From the NCBI GenBank assembly GCA_050273025.1, contig CP158636.1, forward strand, positions 12,648,001 to 12,712,000: a DNA stretch of 64,000 nt, written 5' to 3'. Each line of letters begins with the position of its first letter. Within the stretch, counting starts at the first letter, position 1. The DNA is from Cenococcum geophilum. Lineage: Eukaryota. The translations under genes were made by a program, and so were the position numbers. A model generated the notes under the pieces. That model searched no databases. It saw only the letters and a program-made list of their open reading frames with translations, and was not told the DNA's origin. This document shows positions 51,177 to 63,274 of the stretch, piece by piece.

Positions 51177-54100
51177 GACTCTATTAGTTTCTATCTATAC
51201 CGCTACAGCAGCAGAACACGCCCACCAATTACCTAATAGAGAAATAACCACCTCCAATCAAATCTACGGCATTTTATGCCCTAGAACCAATGCATATAGC
51301 ACAGCCGGAAAGCCTGCGCGACACAGGAGGGTCGCAGCAGACTTAAAGGGTGGGCGCCGTACAGAAAACCGCGACACCACAACAAACCCAATAGGGGGTG
51401 ACTTAACTACAACAACCAAAGGATAACGACCAGAATTGGCAGAAACTTATAGACCTCCTAAAGAACATCGAGGACGATCTAGGGAAGGGAGAGGACGAAC
51501 GCCCACGCGTAGGGGTAGCGCGTGTGGCATAATAAGCAGGCCTTATTGCACAAAAGCTCTGGACAAAGCACAATAGGAACCAGAATACGGTAGAGGATAG
51601 GCTTGGGCGCATTGAGGATGCTATAAAATTATAGAGAATACCAACAGTATAAGCAGTAAAGCTAATATGGGCTAATATCGCCGTAAGCGCCTAACTGGCG
51701 ACTCCCTAGCGTATACCCAGCGTAGCACCGGTTAGAGCTATAGTCAGGGTCCGAATACTAGAGGTATTAGGGGCGGACCCAGAATAGATTCTTACATTGA
51801 TTAAAACATATATACCAAAGGTAGTGGCAGTAAGGGTCCTACACAGCGGTGACGTAAAGGTTACGCTTCCTAACCAGTAGGTAAAGGACCAGACTATCAC
51901 CCAGGAAGATACCCCTAAGTATAAGATCCTCCGCCAGGACTACCTAGTTAAAGTAATAGGAGTACCACTTAGTATATAAGTAGAAAGCGGACGAGGCGCC
52001 ATAAATACATAGCTTATCTAGAGGATTATAGAGGCCACCAAAAAACTAGCCCCTAGAATTACTATAACTAGAGTTGTATAGCTCTATAAAGAACGTATAA
52101 TATATATAGGAGAATTACCAGGGCTCCAAAAGGTTAAAACGCGCGGCACCTTAATAATTAACCTACTAACCTAAGAGATGTAGGTAACAGTAGCCTGTAA
52201 AGGAGTAGTTATAGACAGCCTTTAGTATAAAGCCCAGCTATACTACTATGGAGTCTAAGTCCAATAATGCTTTAGATGCTAATAATGGGGATATACCTAA
52301 AACGCATGCGGGAAGCAAGTGAGGTGCGGAGAGTGCGCCGATAACTATAACACTAGGGACTACCCTAAGAACAAGGGAGTCAGATGCGTAAATTGCGGAA
52401 AAAAATATAGAGTAAGGTAGAAGGCGGAATGTAGAACCTACTAGGTATACCTAGAAGCTACTAGGATAAGATAAGCCTAACTATACTAGATTACAGCCAC
52501 GCTCTAGGGAAACGTATATAAGGAGAAGGAGATAAGCAGGGTAAACGACGGTGGCTGGATAATTAAATAGCGGAAGAGAACTAGGATACCTACCCTAATA
52601 GGAGCAGCCTCTATCTAACTAGCAGTAAAATAAGCCGTAGAACGCCTATAAGGCAGCATTAATGCCGCCAGAGACCCATCCTAACAAAAAATCCCAATTA
52701 TAGCGGCCCTGAGTAAAACGCCCTAGATATAAATAGAAAACGCCTATAAGTTACCAGACGAACTATAAAAGGATTAACAACAATATAATATAACTGTGGA
52801 CACTTAAACTACAGAGTAATACGCCCTTTATTCGACAGCCTAGACCTAAAAGAATACCAGATAATAGCCCTATAGGAGCTAGCATATAACAAATAAACCC
52901 GTAAAACGTACTAACTAAAAGGATACTACCTTCTATACGAACCAAACCCGTCTACCCGCGTATGCTTCCTAATTAGCCAACGCATTAATATATAGGCCTA
53001 GAGCTATTACACTATTAGCCCTAATATAGCTAAACTATAAATAGCTACAAATAGGGGCTAAATTAGTATAATTAATATCTATAACCTAAGCGATAATAGG
53101 CCCTAGATAACCACATAGGGGCTACTCTAATAAATAATTAACACAGCAGAAGGCGAGATAATAGTCCTAGGGGACTTTAATACACACTATATAGTATAGG
53201 GAGGACAGTAGGCCACAGTAGAAGTATAGGCAACTTACCTACTTAACGAACTAGAAACGCGAGGCCTCGCCCTAACTACCCTAATAGGTAAACCTACCTG
53301 GAAAAGAGGAACCCAAGAGAGTATAATTGACCTTATATTTATGCACGAAGCACTAATAGACCGGCTAGCTTTTTACGGGCTAGAGAATATATAGGCAATA
53401 ACTGCAGACTATATACCTATACGGATAACCCTTAACGTTAACGCACTAGCGTAACGAACCCGCTAGAGATACGCCATCTAGAAACTTAATTAGGAAAAAT
53501 ATACCCAGGAAATCACTAATAGGCTAGCAATAATACCTTAGGCAACGCTAGAGGATATCCAGAAGACTATAAGCAACTACTTAGATAAGTACTGCCCAAT
53601 GGCCTAGCCTAGTAAACACGCCCGACGCGAATGGTTACCGGAGGCAGTGTAGATACTCGCAGGCTTAAGGAGGGCGAGGTAACAGTATAGTAAGACGGGC
53701 GAGGTCTACTACTAACAGAGTTATAAAGCCCTAAAGAATAGGCTTAAGAAGACAATACGGAAGGAGAGCAGAAACAGCTGGCACCGGTTCCTTAAGGAAA
53801 TTACTTTAGACCCCACTAAGCCACATAACTAGGGACTCTGGCGAATGTTAAAGTAGAGTAGGCGAGCTATAGGGGAAATGCTAGGGGACCCCCACCTACC
53901 CGCACTACGTCGGATAGTATATAACTAGTACACAAATGACAACGGGGAAAAAATAAGAATACTAGCAGAGAGGTTCTTCCTAGGCGTAGGCCAAGCAGAC
54001 TTATAGGACACCAGCAACTAAGACTACCCCCTACCCCTAGAGATAAGCCAGATAGTCTTAATAAAGGACATAAAAGAAGCTATTCGGAAGCTCCCTATAG

Positions 54101-56380
54101 GTAAAGCGGTAGGATTAAATAGGATCCCAAACGAGGCAATTAAGGCTGCGTTAGAAGCCTTAGCAATACCACTAGCGAACGCTGCAACTACCTACCTATA
54201 CGAAGGCAAACTACCAGACTGCTGTAAAGTAACAACTATAGTCGTCTTAAGAAAGCTAAATAAAAAGGACTACTCTCTCCCAGGAAGCTACTAACTAATC
54301 GCCCTTAAAAATACGCTAGAAAAGCTTCTAGAAAAGATAGTTATAGAGCGTATATAAGACGCCGCAGAGGAGCAAGGACTACTACTATGGACATAAATGG
54401 GCGTAAGAAAGAAGCGATCAACCCTCTCAGCCCTTTCCCTAATTACCTCTAGCGTCTAGGCGGCGTGGCAAGCCCGCCCAGAATACGTAGTATCTATGCT
54501 AAGCTTAGACCTAAGTGGAGCCTTTAACAACGTATCGCATAAGAGACTCCTATAAATCCTAAGAAAGAAGGGTCTACCAGACTAGATAGTTAAGTTTATA
54601 TAAGCCTTTCTAACAGGGCGTATTACTAAGATAGTGTTTAAGGGCTATAAAAGCGAATTAATACTAACACCTACAGGCATCCTATAGGGGTCGCCCCTAT
54701 CGCCAATCCTATTCTTATTCTTTATATCTAAGCTACTAGAGACATTTAAGAGTAACCAGAAAATAGTAGCCTTAGGATTTATAAACAATATAAACCTTAT
54801 CACGTAGGGAAACATAGTAGTAGAAAACTACACCAAACTAAACCAGGCGCACGACAGGTGCGTTATATAGGCAAAACGGCATAGCGCTAAATTTACACTA
54901 GATAAATACTAGCTTATCCATTTTACAAGGAAAAGGAGGGCGAATAACGACCTAGCGTTAATAGTAAGCATCCAGGGCTGCGAAGTAAAACTAGAAGCCA
55001 CCCTTAAGGTCCTAGGGGTATAGGTAGACGCTAAACTAAACTAGAATGCGTATATTACACAGGCGACTTATAGAGGAGCAGCAGCATTTGTAGCGATATC
55101 GCGTATTACAGCCTCGACCTAGGGACCCTTATTTAGACGCACACGACTACTATATATAGCTGTAGTAAGGCCAATAATGCTATACGGCGCCTAGATCTGG
55201 GGCATAGACCTAAAAGGCAAGCTACTAGCAAAAAGCTCCCTAGAGCCACTAGTTAAACTATAAAACTAATACCTACGTAGAATTACAGGGGCCTATAAGA
55301 GGACACTACGTGCCGCACTAGAACGCAAAGTAGTAGTACCTCCACTAGACATATATATAGATATAATTGCTATGTAAAGAGCAGCTACAGTACAAGACCA
55401 CCTAGTGGAGAAGGATATACGCTAAATACTTAATCGTATATAAGGAGTAAGGGCCCCCTAAAGGGGCAACGCGCCTAAGCTTATAAGCTAGGAAGCCCTC
55501 CGCCTATATGCGGTAGAGAAAGAATAGGAAATACGGGAGCTACTATAATACTAAATGGAGACCCGGCGCTACGCCGGCGGAGCGCTACTACGGTAGTAGA
55601 GGATAGGAGGCCACTAGTATAAGTGGAGATCTACTATATGCATCGCAAGATGGGCAGATATTAAGTGGAACTAACAATAGAAGAAGGCGGCAAAAATACA
55701 GAGGGCAGCCATATAGATTACCCCATAGATGATACTAACTCTCCCCCTATACGAAGGACAGACGAAGGTAGAATCTATGGCTGCCTTTCTACTAAGGATA
55801 GAGGTCTTAGGGCTAAATATATAGCTAGTAAGCATCTATGTCCTAAATATTACGCCACACTGTACGTACGGATGGCCTACACAGTCAGTATACTATGTAC
55901 TACTTTTCTACAACTAACGCACTGTAAGAGACTAGTTGTTCGCTAGAGTAGGCACAAATAATATTACCTGAATGCTCTCTATAAGTAGGGGTCTATATAT
56001 AGTAGCATAATGGCTTATAAGCTAAGGAGTTCTTTAGCAGTTCTAGACAGCAAATAAGATCCAGTAGGAGGATATTAAAGGATACGCCCCCTTCTAGTCC
56101 CTTAGAGACTGGACACCCCCTACCTAGTTAAAGGCGGCACGCTAGCGAATTACCAAACCCTTTCACTACCCCCTAGATCTTCTAAGACACCTTAGAAGCA
56201 TAGTACGTAAGGCAGACATTATATAAAGGTATATAGGCGAGGCGAAGGCGGAGCGCGTAAGACTAGCTGAAAGGATATACCTAGGTTTTCCCCCCTAGGG
56301 GGTTTTTCCTATATATAGAAGGTAGAAGCCTGTATGGACCTAAAAAGGGACCGAATCGGGCAATAAATAGAATTAATAAT
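51177..56380 (+). mobile_element. Full-length Tad1-like LINE, RIP-inactivated (ORF1 with CCHC knuckles; ORF2 APE endonuclease + RT)
   Basis: CFRCxxWGHTxxxC after de-RIP (~52267); LGDFN (~53167), PQGSPLSPILF (~54680); (TAA)n tail; TSD AATATATTAATAA at 51164-51176 and 56381-56393. Confidence 0.93.
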
Positions 56381-57949
56381 AATATATTAATAATCTAATT
56401 AGAAATAGAACTTAATTTTACTAAATATAACGCTATTAGATATTATAGATAACCTTAAGGGTAATAAGCCTTTTAATATAGTTAAGAGCTATACTAAGTA
56501 TCTAGGATAGGTTAGATTTTAAATATAGTATAGTTCTATCTTAGTTCTATCCTAGTTCTATCCTAGTTTTATTCTTTACTACTAAGTATTAAGTATAGAG
56601 TATAGTAGGAGTATTTAAAATCGGCTTTTTCTTAGATATTATAATATCTTTATATTTAGGTAATTACCTTAATATAACCTATACTCCTTATACTTATAAG
56701 TATAAAAACTTATATTAACTAAGTTTTTATTATAATTTTCTAAGCTCTAACTCTATCTTTTAATTTTATAGTTTAATTACTTTTACTTTAGCTTTTATAT
56801 ATAGAACCTAGGCTTCTTATTTATAAATATTTAATTAAGATTATTATAATATTAACTATTATAAGAATTAAGCTTATTAAGTAATAGTTATATAAAGTAA
56901 AGACTATAAGCTACTCTTATATACTAAATATAATTGGCTTATAAGCTAGATATATTAAGGATATATCTAGATAATCTTACCTAATAGTAAAATAGACCTA
57001 GAATATAGTAAAACCTAACTATTATTTAATATTATAATAGAGGAGACTAAAATATATTAGCTTTATAGAATTTAGTAAGATCTAGAATATAATATACTAG
57101 AGTAAATAGAGGCTATAGATTATAAGTAAGATTTTAATTATACGCCTTATAAACTTTATAATTAAAACTATAGGTATATACTAGTTCTAGAAGATAATAT
57201 ACCCAATATATCTAATATAATAGATATAATAATATAATATTTATATATCCTTTTCTCGTCTTCCTCTATAATTTCCTTATAGTAAAAGTTTTATAGCTAA
57301 GAGTATAATTATTTATAATAAAATACGCCTATATAGAGTATCTATTTTCTAAAGCACTTTAGAGGCTAAAGAGAGTATATATTATACTTATTTTATCCTT
57401 TAATATATATAAATATTATATCTATTAATATTAGAACTAAGTTATATATAGGATATATCTAGGATATATCTAGGATATAGTCTTTTATATTTTTATATAT
57501 CTTAGTAATATTCTTATTATATATCTCTAGATTAGATAAATCTATAATATATTTAATTCTATACTTAGAGGATATAGAATATTCTAGTATCTTTTAACTA
57601 AATATAAGTCTTTTTTTACTAGAGATTTAGTTTATATAATTAATATTAAGCCTAGTTATATTATAGAATTCTACTTATTACTAGCGTTAAAGAAAAGGCA
57701 TTAGTAGATTATGATAGCTGGTATTTAGGATTATATATTTTTTATAATACTCTTAATATAAGCTAGATATATCCTAGTTACTATCTTTAATATATATATA
57801 TATATATATATATTCTTCTTATACTTATTACCCTTTATAAAAGAAGTACTCTTATAATTATTTAAAATCTTTAATTAAGAACTAAGTTGCTTTTATTAGT
57901 AGTAGTATAAAAGAACTATCTAAGATAGGTAAGTGCGTGGGGGTGCCTG

Positions 57950-58202
57950 GATTATATTCTAGATATATTACTAATATATCCTAGGTTATATCCTAGATAT
58001 ATTCTAGGTTATATCCTAAATATATTCTAGATTATATCCTAAATATATTCTAGATTATATCCCAGGTTATATCCTAGATATATTCTTAATTATATTCTAG
58101 GTTATATCCTAGATATATTCTTAATTATATTCTAGGTTATATCCTAGATATATTCTTAATTATATCCTAGGTTATATCTTAGGTTATATCCTAGATATAT
58201 CT
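57950..58202. repeat. Subterminal tandem array of an ~11-12-bp motif (G(G/A)(T/A)TATAT(C/T)CTA-like) in the TIR element
   Basis: About 20 degenerate units directly visible. Confidence 0.85.
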
Positions 58203-59979
58203 TTACGCAATTTAAAGTAGTTATATATTGTTAGTTATTTCTAATCTAGAGATTATACAATCTTAAATATCCTAAAGATAGGATATAGTTATAATATTAT
58301 ATAATTAAGTATATAAATGGCGATAATTTTAAATAATTTTGTATTGAAACCTCATTAAGTGTGCGCGCACGGTGTTAAAGTTCATCCAGTGTAAGATTTT
58401 GTAACGTGGCGTATTTCCACACTCCCGGAGCTTTCGGCAACACTGGCCGAGCTGTATGCTCGCAGACGCTCTTTTCCTACCTAAAATAGGCCCTTTTTCC
58501 CACTGGGTTTTGGCCATAGGTTAAGGTTTTTATCGAGGCTGCTTAGCTGGTCCTTTTCCCCCATTTCTTTATTCCCCTGTGCAAGCAAGGCTTCTGCACT
58601 GCTTACCTTTCTATACATAGAATTAATTTATTAGGATACGGGCTGGGGGCCGGCCCTAACTAAGGGGGGGGCAATATAAGGGTACTTTTGGTCCCTTACT
58701 CGGGAGCTCTTAGGGGCTGCTAAGGCTAGCCTTCGGCTAGGCCTTGGCCACCCCTTATAAGCTCCTTGGGCTTGCAGCCTCCTTCCTCTTTTATCGGTTC
58801 GTCTCCGTACAAGGCTATTGCCTACTCTTTACCATATCGTCCTCTTCCATCGACTCCCTATGTGACTCATGCTCGGCTTGCCTGCTCCCTACCATACACC
58901 CTGGCAATACTGCCTTACAATTATAGTTATAACGGGCATCCCGTACTTTATTTGGGTTAAGGTAAATAGCTACTAGGTACCGTATTATCTTATTAATAGA
59001 TATAAATTAGATAGGGGAATTGTCCTTAAACTTGGCTTAAAGGTGCCGTTAAGTGTCCCTAGTGGTTTAACTAAAGAGGTAGAGTATTTTGGATTCTTTA
59101 GAAAGGAAATAGTTATAGTTAACGCAGAGCTTTCCTTATACTTAAATCCTCTAATTTTTAAAGGTAGGGTTTATCCTATTAGATAGTAGTAAGGGGTTAG
59201 AAAGCTTAACAGACTTTAATTACTTTATTATTATATATATACTCCTTAGTATATTATATTTAGTAGAGTAAATAGGTTAACTAGGGCTTTAAGAAGGGGA
59301 AGCTAGGCTATTTTATAGGGCTATAAGGCTTTCTAGGATCTCTTATAGGGTCTTTTATATATTTCTTACTTTAAGACAATTAGCTTCCTAGCTAGCTATA
59401 AGGGCACAAATCTGCTTATATATGTCTATAATATTATTATTATCTTTAATTTCTAATCCTAATTAGATCTCGGGTTCCTCTTAAGTAGAGGTAGCTCTCT
59501 TAGATAAGCTTACTTTAGGTGCCATTATTAGCTTTTTAAGGTTTATTAGTATTATACGCTTTAGTTTTAATTTTAGGGGTATAGGTCTAGTCCTATCTGG
59601 CTTATAAGGTGGGATATTACTTAGGCCTTCCCAGGCAATATAGAGTTGTTTTAATGTCTAAGTATAGCGCGTTAATGCGTTATTGTAGACGAAGTTTCTT
59701 TAGGGTAGGATATTATTAAGGCCTTCCTAGGTAAGGTAGGGTAAGCTTAGTATAATGTTACGGCTTATATAAATGCTTCTAAACTAAAGCTTATAGAATG
59801 CTATATTACGAAAATACTAAGCTAAAGAGAAGGAAAAGGGGTCGCTAGAACCGATGTAAACAAATATATAGGGTAAGCCGCTAAGGCGCTAACTTTGGGC
59901 GGGCTAATCGCAGGTCGGCAGAATATGGCAGAATTTGGCAGTAACGTGCGGTAACGTACAATAGCGCCGTTACAACTAC

Positions 59980-60263
59980 TACCTTACTACTACCCTACTA
60001 CTACTCTACTACTACTCTATTACTACCCTACTACCGCTATACTACTACTATATTGCTATAAAATTTATATAGCTACCTTATAGTGGTAATATAAGGCTAC
60101 CCTTATATAATAATCGCGTAATATATATATTAATAATAGCTATTTACGTTATTATTATTGCCGTCGTCTTCTTCCCTAAGCAATAGTACTATTACTACTA
60201 TTACTACTACTGCTACTGCTGCTACTGCCGCTCTTGCATCTACTCCTACTCCTACTACTATTG

Positions 60264-60297
<34 letters not shown>

Positions 60298-60710
60298 CAC
60301 TATATCCGCGCCTAGCCGCCGCTTTTTATCTATGCCACCGCTATCTTAGGCCAAACAGCCTACGCGTAGGACTTTAGTTCTAGCAGATAAGTATACTAGT
60401 AAGTATTAGTACTATAAAAGAATTTAAGAATTTAAGAAGATACTAATATATAAATAGCTGCTATAGCTACTGCTGTTGCTAGGCCCCTCTCTACTCCAAC
60501 TACTGCCGCTACCGCTCCCCCCTAGCCAGGTTTACGGCTATTAATTAGCCTACCGCCGCCCTCCCCCCACCACCCTCTTCCCCTAAAATCCCCCGCCTAC
60601 TATACTTGCCACTACTATACTTACCGCTGCCGCTAATACGGCCATAATACGGGCGCTGCGTCCCCTACCGCGCGTTTAGGGTATATCTCTATAGTAGGTT
60701 TTTAGCCTAG
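59980..60710 (-). pseudogene. RIPed low-complexity gene relic; continues at 28230-28284 across the Gypsy D insertion
   Basis: GTAAGT...CTAAT..TAG intron-like segment on the minus strand; G/Q/S-type trinucleotide repeats on both sides of the D TSD. Confidence 0.35.
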
Positions 60711-60925
60711 GTAGAGCAACGGCGGGGTTCTTTTACCTTCCAAATCGGTGGAATTAAATATTGGGTTTGTAGAACAAAGTCTACATCATTAGAAGTATAA
60801 TTAGAAGGCATAGTTAATTAATATATAATATTTATATATATATAGGTAATACGCGTACTTTTGATTCTGGTGTTTTGGTGAACTACCCTAATAAGAAAAA
60901 AAGCATTAAAGAACCTTCACCCCCC

Positions 60926-61618
60926 CTAATACGGCACCACCTCCCTCTCCACCCACTCTACTCCCTTCCTCTCCAACCTAAGAATGCGGCTCCCAACCGT
61001 CACAATCATCCCCCGCATCCCCGCTCCCCCCTTTAGACACCGCACAGACCGCTCCCCAACCCGCCGCCACCACTGCTCCTCCCACAGCTCCTCCCACCCC
61101 CACTCCCCCATCGGCTGCCCCGTACCCCTAAGATCCCACACGAGATGTACCCACCGCACCCGCTCCATGAGTCCTAGTAGTGCCTCGATCCGCACGGCCA
61201 ACGCCTCTATCGAGAGGCCCGGCATCAGCGCTAGCACCCCGAGCTCGACGTATAGCTTGCATTGCCGCAGGTTGGGCAGCAGCGCGGGGGGGAGGGTCCA
61301 GAAGGGCGTGGTGGCGGACCGCCTGCCGTTGTTGGCGCTGACGTAGAAGAAGAAGCTGGTGCGCTCGTAGAAGGCCTGCGCGTATTCGGCGTGTAGCTGG
61401 CGGTTGACGAGGAGCATGCCGTGCTGGCGGAGGGGGTACCGGTGCCGGCGCCCGCGCAGACGCGGGCGGGATAGGTCGGTGGGCGTGTAGCCGTAGCTCG
61501 CAGGCACGGAGAGGAGGAGGTAGTTGTGAATTTGGAGGCGGAGCTCGGTGGGGAGGGCGAGGAAGGGGAAGAGAGCTTTAGAATGCTTTGGTCTGGGTCT
61601 GAGGTAGGGGCGCGCCAT
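60926..61618 (-). CDS. Intact 230-aa fungal hypothetical protein with an N-terminal F-box-like motif
   Basis: Only GC-rich un-RIPed long ORF with protein-like content. FPFLALPTELRLQIHNYLL and LLVNRQLHAEYAQAFYERTSF are typical of fungal F-box-like/2EXR-like hypothetical families. Confidence 0.85.
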   Translation of the reverse strand: MARPYLRPRPKHSKALFPFLALPTELRLQIHNYLLLSVPASYGYTPTDLSRPRLRGRRHRYPLRQHGMLLVNRQLHAEYAQAFYERTSFFFYVSANNGRRSATTPFWTLPPALLPNLRQCKLYVELGVLALMPGLSIEALAVRIEALLGLMERVRWVHLVWDLRGTGQPMGEWGWEELWEEQWWRRVGERSVRCLKGGAGMRGMIVTVGSRILRLERKGVEWVEREVVPY

Positions 61619-61849
61619 ATTGGAAGTATCGGTTTGGGTTCGATTGCGTGGTTAGGGTGGTGGGAGGTGTGGTCTACGGAGGTGTGAGGTGTGCAGTGTG
61701 GAGGGAGGGTGTGGGAGTTATATGAGTGGGTAGATTGGGTGCTAGGACTGTATAATACCAGAGCTACCGTGTACGTGCCTGATATGTAGCGTTGGGGAAT
61801 TTTGCTAGAACAAGCTCAAGCCCGGCTGCCGCCTTGCGCTAGGGGTTAG

Positions 61850-62028
61850 TGTAAGGCATATTACCTAGGTGTATGGTAGGGAGCAGGCAAGCCGAGCATG
61901 AGTCACAAGAAGAGTCGATGGAAGAGGACGATATAGTAAAGAGTATGGCAATAGCCTCGTACGGAGACGAACCGATAAGGAGGACAGGAGGGCTGCAGGC
62001 CCGGGTAAGGGTCAAAATAACCCTTACA
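61850..62028 (-). mobile_element. Solo LTR family B (short variant) upstream of the intact gene
   Basis: TGTAAGG...CCTTACA; TSD GTTAG; reverse-complement similarity to 47813-48068. Confidence 0.9.
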
Positions 62029-62170
62029 GTTAGAGAATACGGTTTATTATATAAAACTACTATAAGACTTCTAGATAAACTTCCTAAACGGTAGGTACGT
62101 GCGCTTAGACATCTGGTTTTAATATAGTATTTAGATACCGTATATATCCCATTACACCACAACCGACGTA

Positions 62171-62295
62171 TCCCTTAAATTAATCATCGTCCTACATTAT
62201 CGATAAGGATTTGGCCAATTACAAGGCATAAATTCTTGCCGTTCCTTAGTGTTGTATACACGGGCTATGCCTTATCGATAATACGGGTTAAGGGA
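62171..62295. mobile_element. MITE (125 bp) related to 43342-43491
   Basis: TA|TCCCTTAA...TTAAGGGA|TA; inverted internal TTATCGATAAGG/CCTTATCGATAA. Confidence 0.8.
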
Positions 62296-62549
62296 TAAGG
62301 CTCTATTAAAGCTCTGTATAAGGCTCTATATAAGGCCCGCCTAAAGCTTATCCCCTACTATAAAGCAGCCCCTATAGCGTAGTATAATAAAGGTATAAGG
62401 TTTATAAAGTAAATCTATACCTTCTATTATATATATTACTTCTAAATTAAGCCTAATTTAAGTAAATCGCCTTAGTTACTATAATAGATTCTTTTATTAA
62501 AATAGTACTACTTAGTAGTAATTAAGGCGCCTTAGTGCTATTAGTTTCG

Positions 62550-62690
62550 GTATTAGCAGGGTAGAGCTTATGCACCTCTATAGTAAACGCACTACTATAA
62601 AAAAAGGGTTAAAACTAGGAGATATAGAAATACTCCCTAAACCTCTAGTTAGGTACCTAGGAGTATTTCTAGACTCTAAGCTTATATTTA
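62550..62690 (+). mobile_element. LINE RT C-terminal fragment
   Basis: Reads VELMHL...PLVRYLGVFLDSKL. Confidence 0.7.
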
Positions 62691-62723
62691 TTAGCGACTT
62701 AGTTAATCAAGGTACAAGTATAG

Positions 62724-63100
62724 TGTAAGGGACGCGCAAGCCTATATAATTAGATTGTCTATAAACGAGGATCTAAAGCTAAAGAAAGGAAAGGAGAAGG
62801 AGAGTAGCGCCGCTTAATATATTATAAGATCTTCGCGTTATATAACCGTAATATGCGGCAATTTATAGCAACTTACTAGCACGGAGGACTATAAAGTTCT
62901 GCTAAGTTCTGCTAACTAAGTTCTACTATTTCCTGCCAATACCGTAATATTACCCCCGCCCCCCTCTAGTAAAGCCTGCCCTTAGGCTTTATATATCCAT
63001 ATTACTCCTATAAGGCGTTCTTATCCTTATATTCTTTTAGTAGCTTATTATCTTCGCTAAGCCTTCTGCCGATCTTATTCTACCAATGGTTTCCTACAGC
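62724..63100 (-). mobile_element. 3' LTR (62724-62949), PPT and pol-end remnant of a Gypsy related to family D
   Basis: TG start, RIPed CA end, adjacent pyrimidine tract TTACCCCGCCCCCTCT; shares AAGCTAAAGA..GGAAA with the D LTR. Confidence 0.7.
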
Positions 63101-63274
63101 CAATTTTCTGCCTACTTGCTTCCGTCGCAATATTTGCGATATCCGCAATATCTTCACAATTACCCTACCCCTTTGCTACTTCTAAAATTGTATCTAAATT
63201 TCCTATTTTTGGTACAGTTCTTACCTTTTATTTTCTACAGCTTTAACTACACCGTTAAACCTGGGGGGGGGGGG

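Larger units (their letters stand above)
49490..58461. mobile_element. TIR DNA transposon (MULE-like or other 8-bp-TSD superfamily), ~3.8 kb without the nested LINE
   Basis: 41-bp imperfect TIRs (49490-49530 and 58421-58461) starting GAG, inner 33 bp with one mismatch; 8-bp TSD GCAGACGC (49482-49489 and 58462-58469); interior heavily RIPed with many intron-like segments. Confidence 0.85.
47813..58919 (+). mobile_element. Non-autonomous LTR element family B (~2.1 kb of own sequence) carrying a nested TIR element and LINE
   Basis: LTRs 47813-48068 and 58675-58919; TSD ATTAT; PPT AAGGGGGGGGCAA; PBS CGAACCGAT (48071-48079) complementary to LTR ATCGGTTCG (47942-47950); no gag/pol. Confidence 0.9.
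28285..59974 (-). mobile_element. Ty3/Gypsy family D, outermost element of a 31.7-kb nest
   Basis: LTRs 28285-28504 and 59756-59974; TSD ACTAC. Chromodomain/integrase/RNase H at 28505-30986, RT/protease/gag end at 45360-47812, gag start at 58925-59755. Confidence 0.93.

Noticed and set aside
60984..61346. 120-aa plus-strand ORF
   Set aside because: Antisense shadow of the GC-rich gene at 60926-61618.
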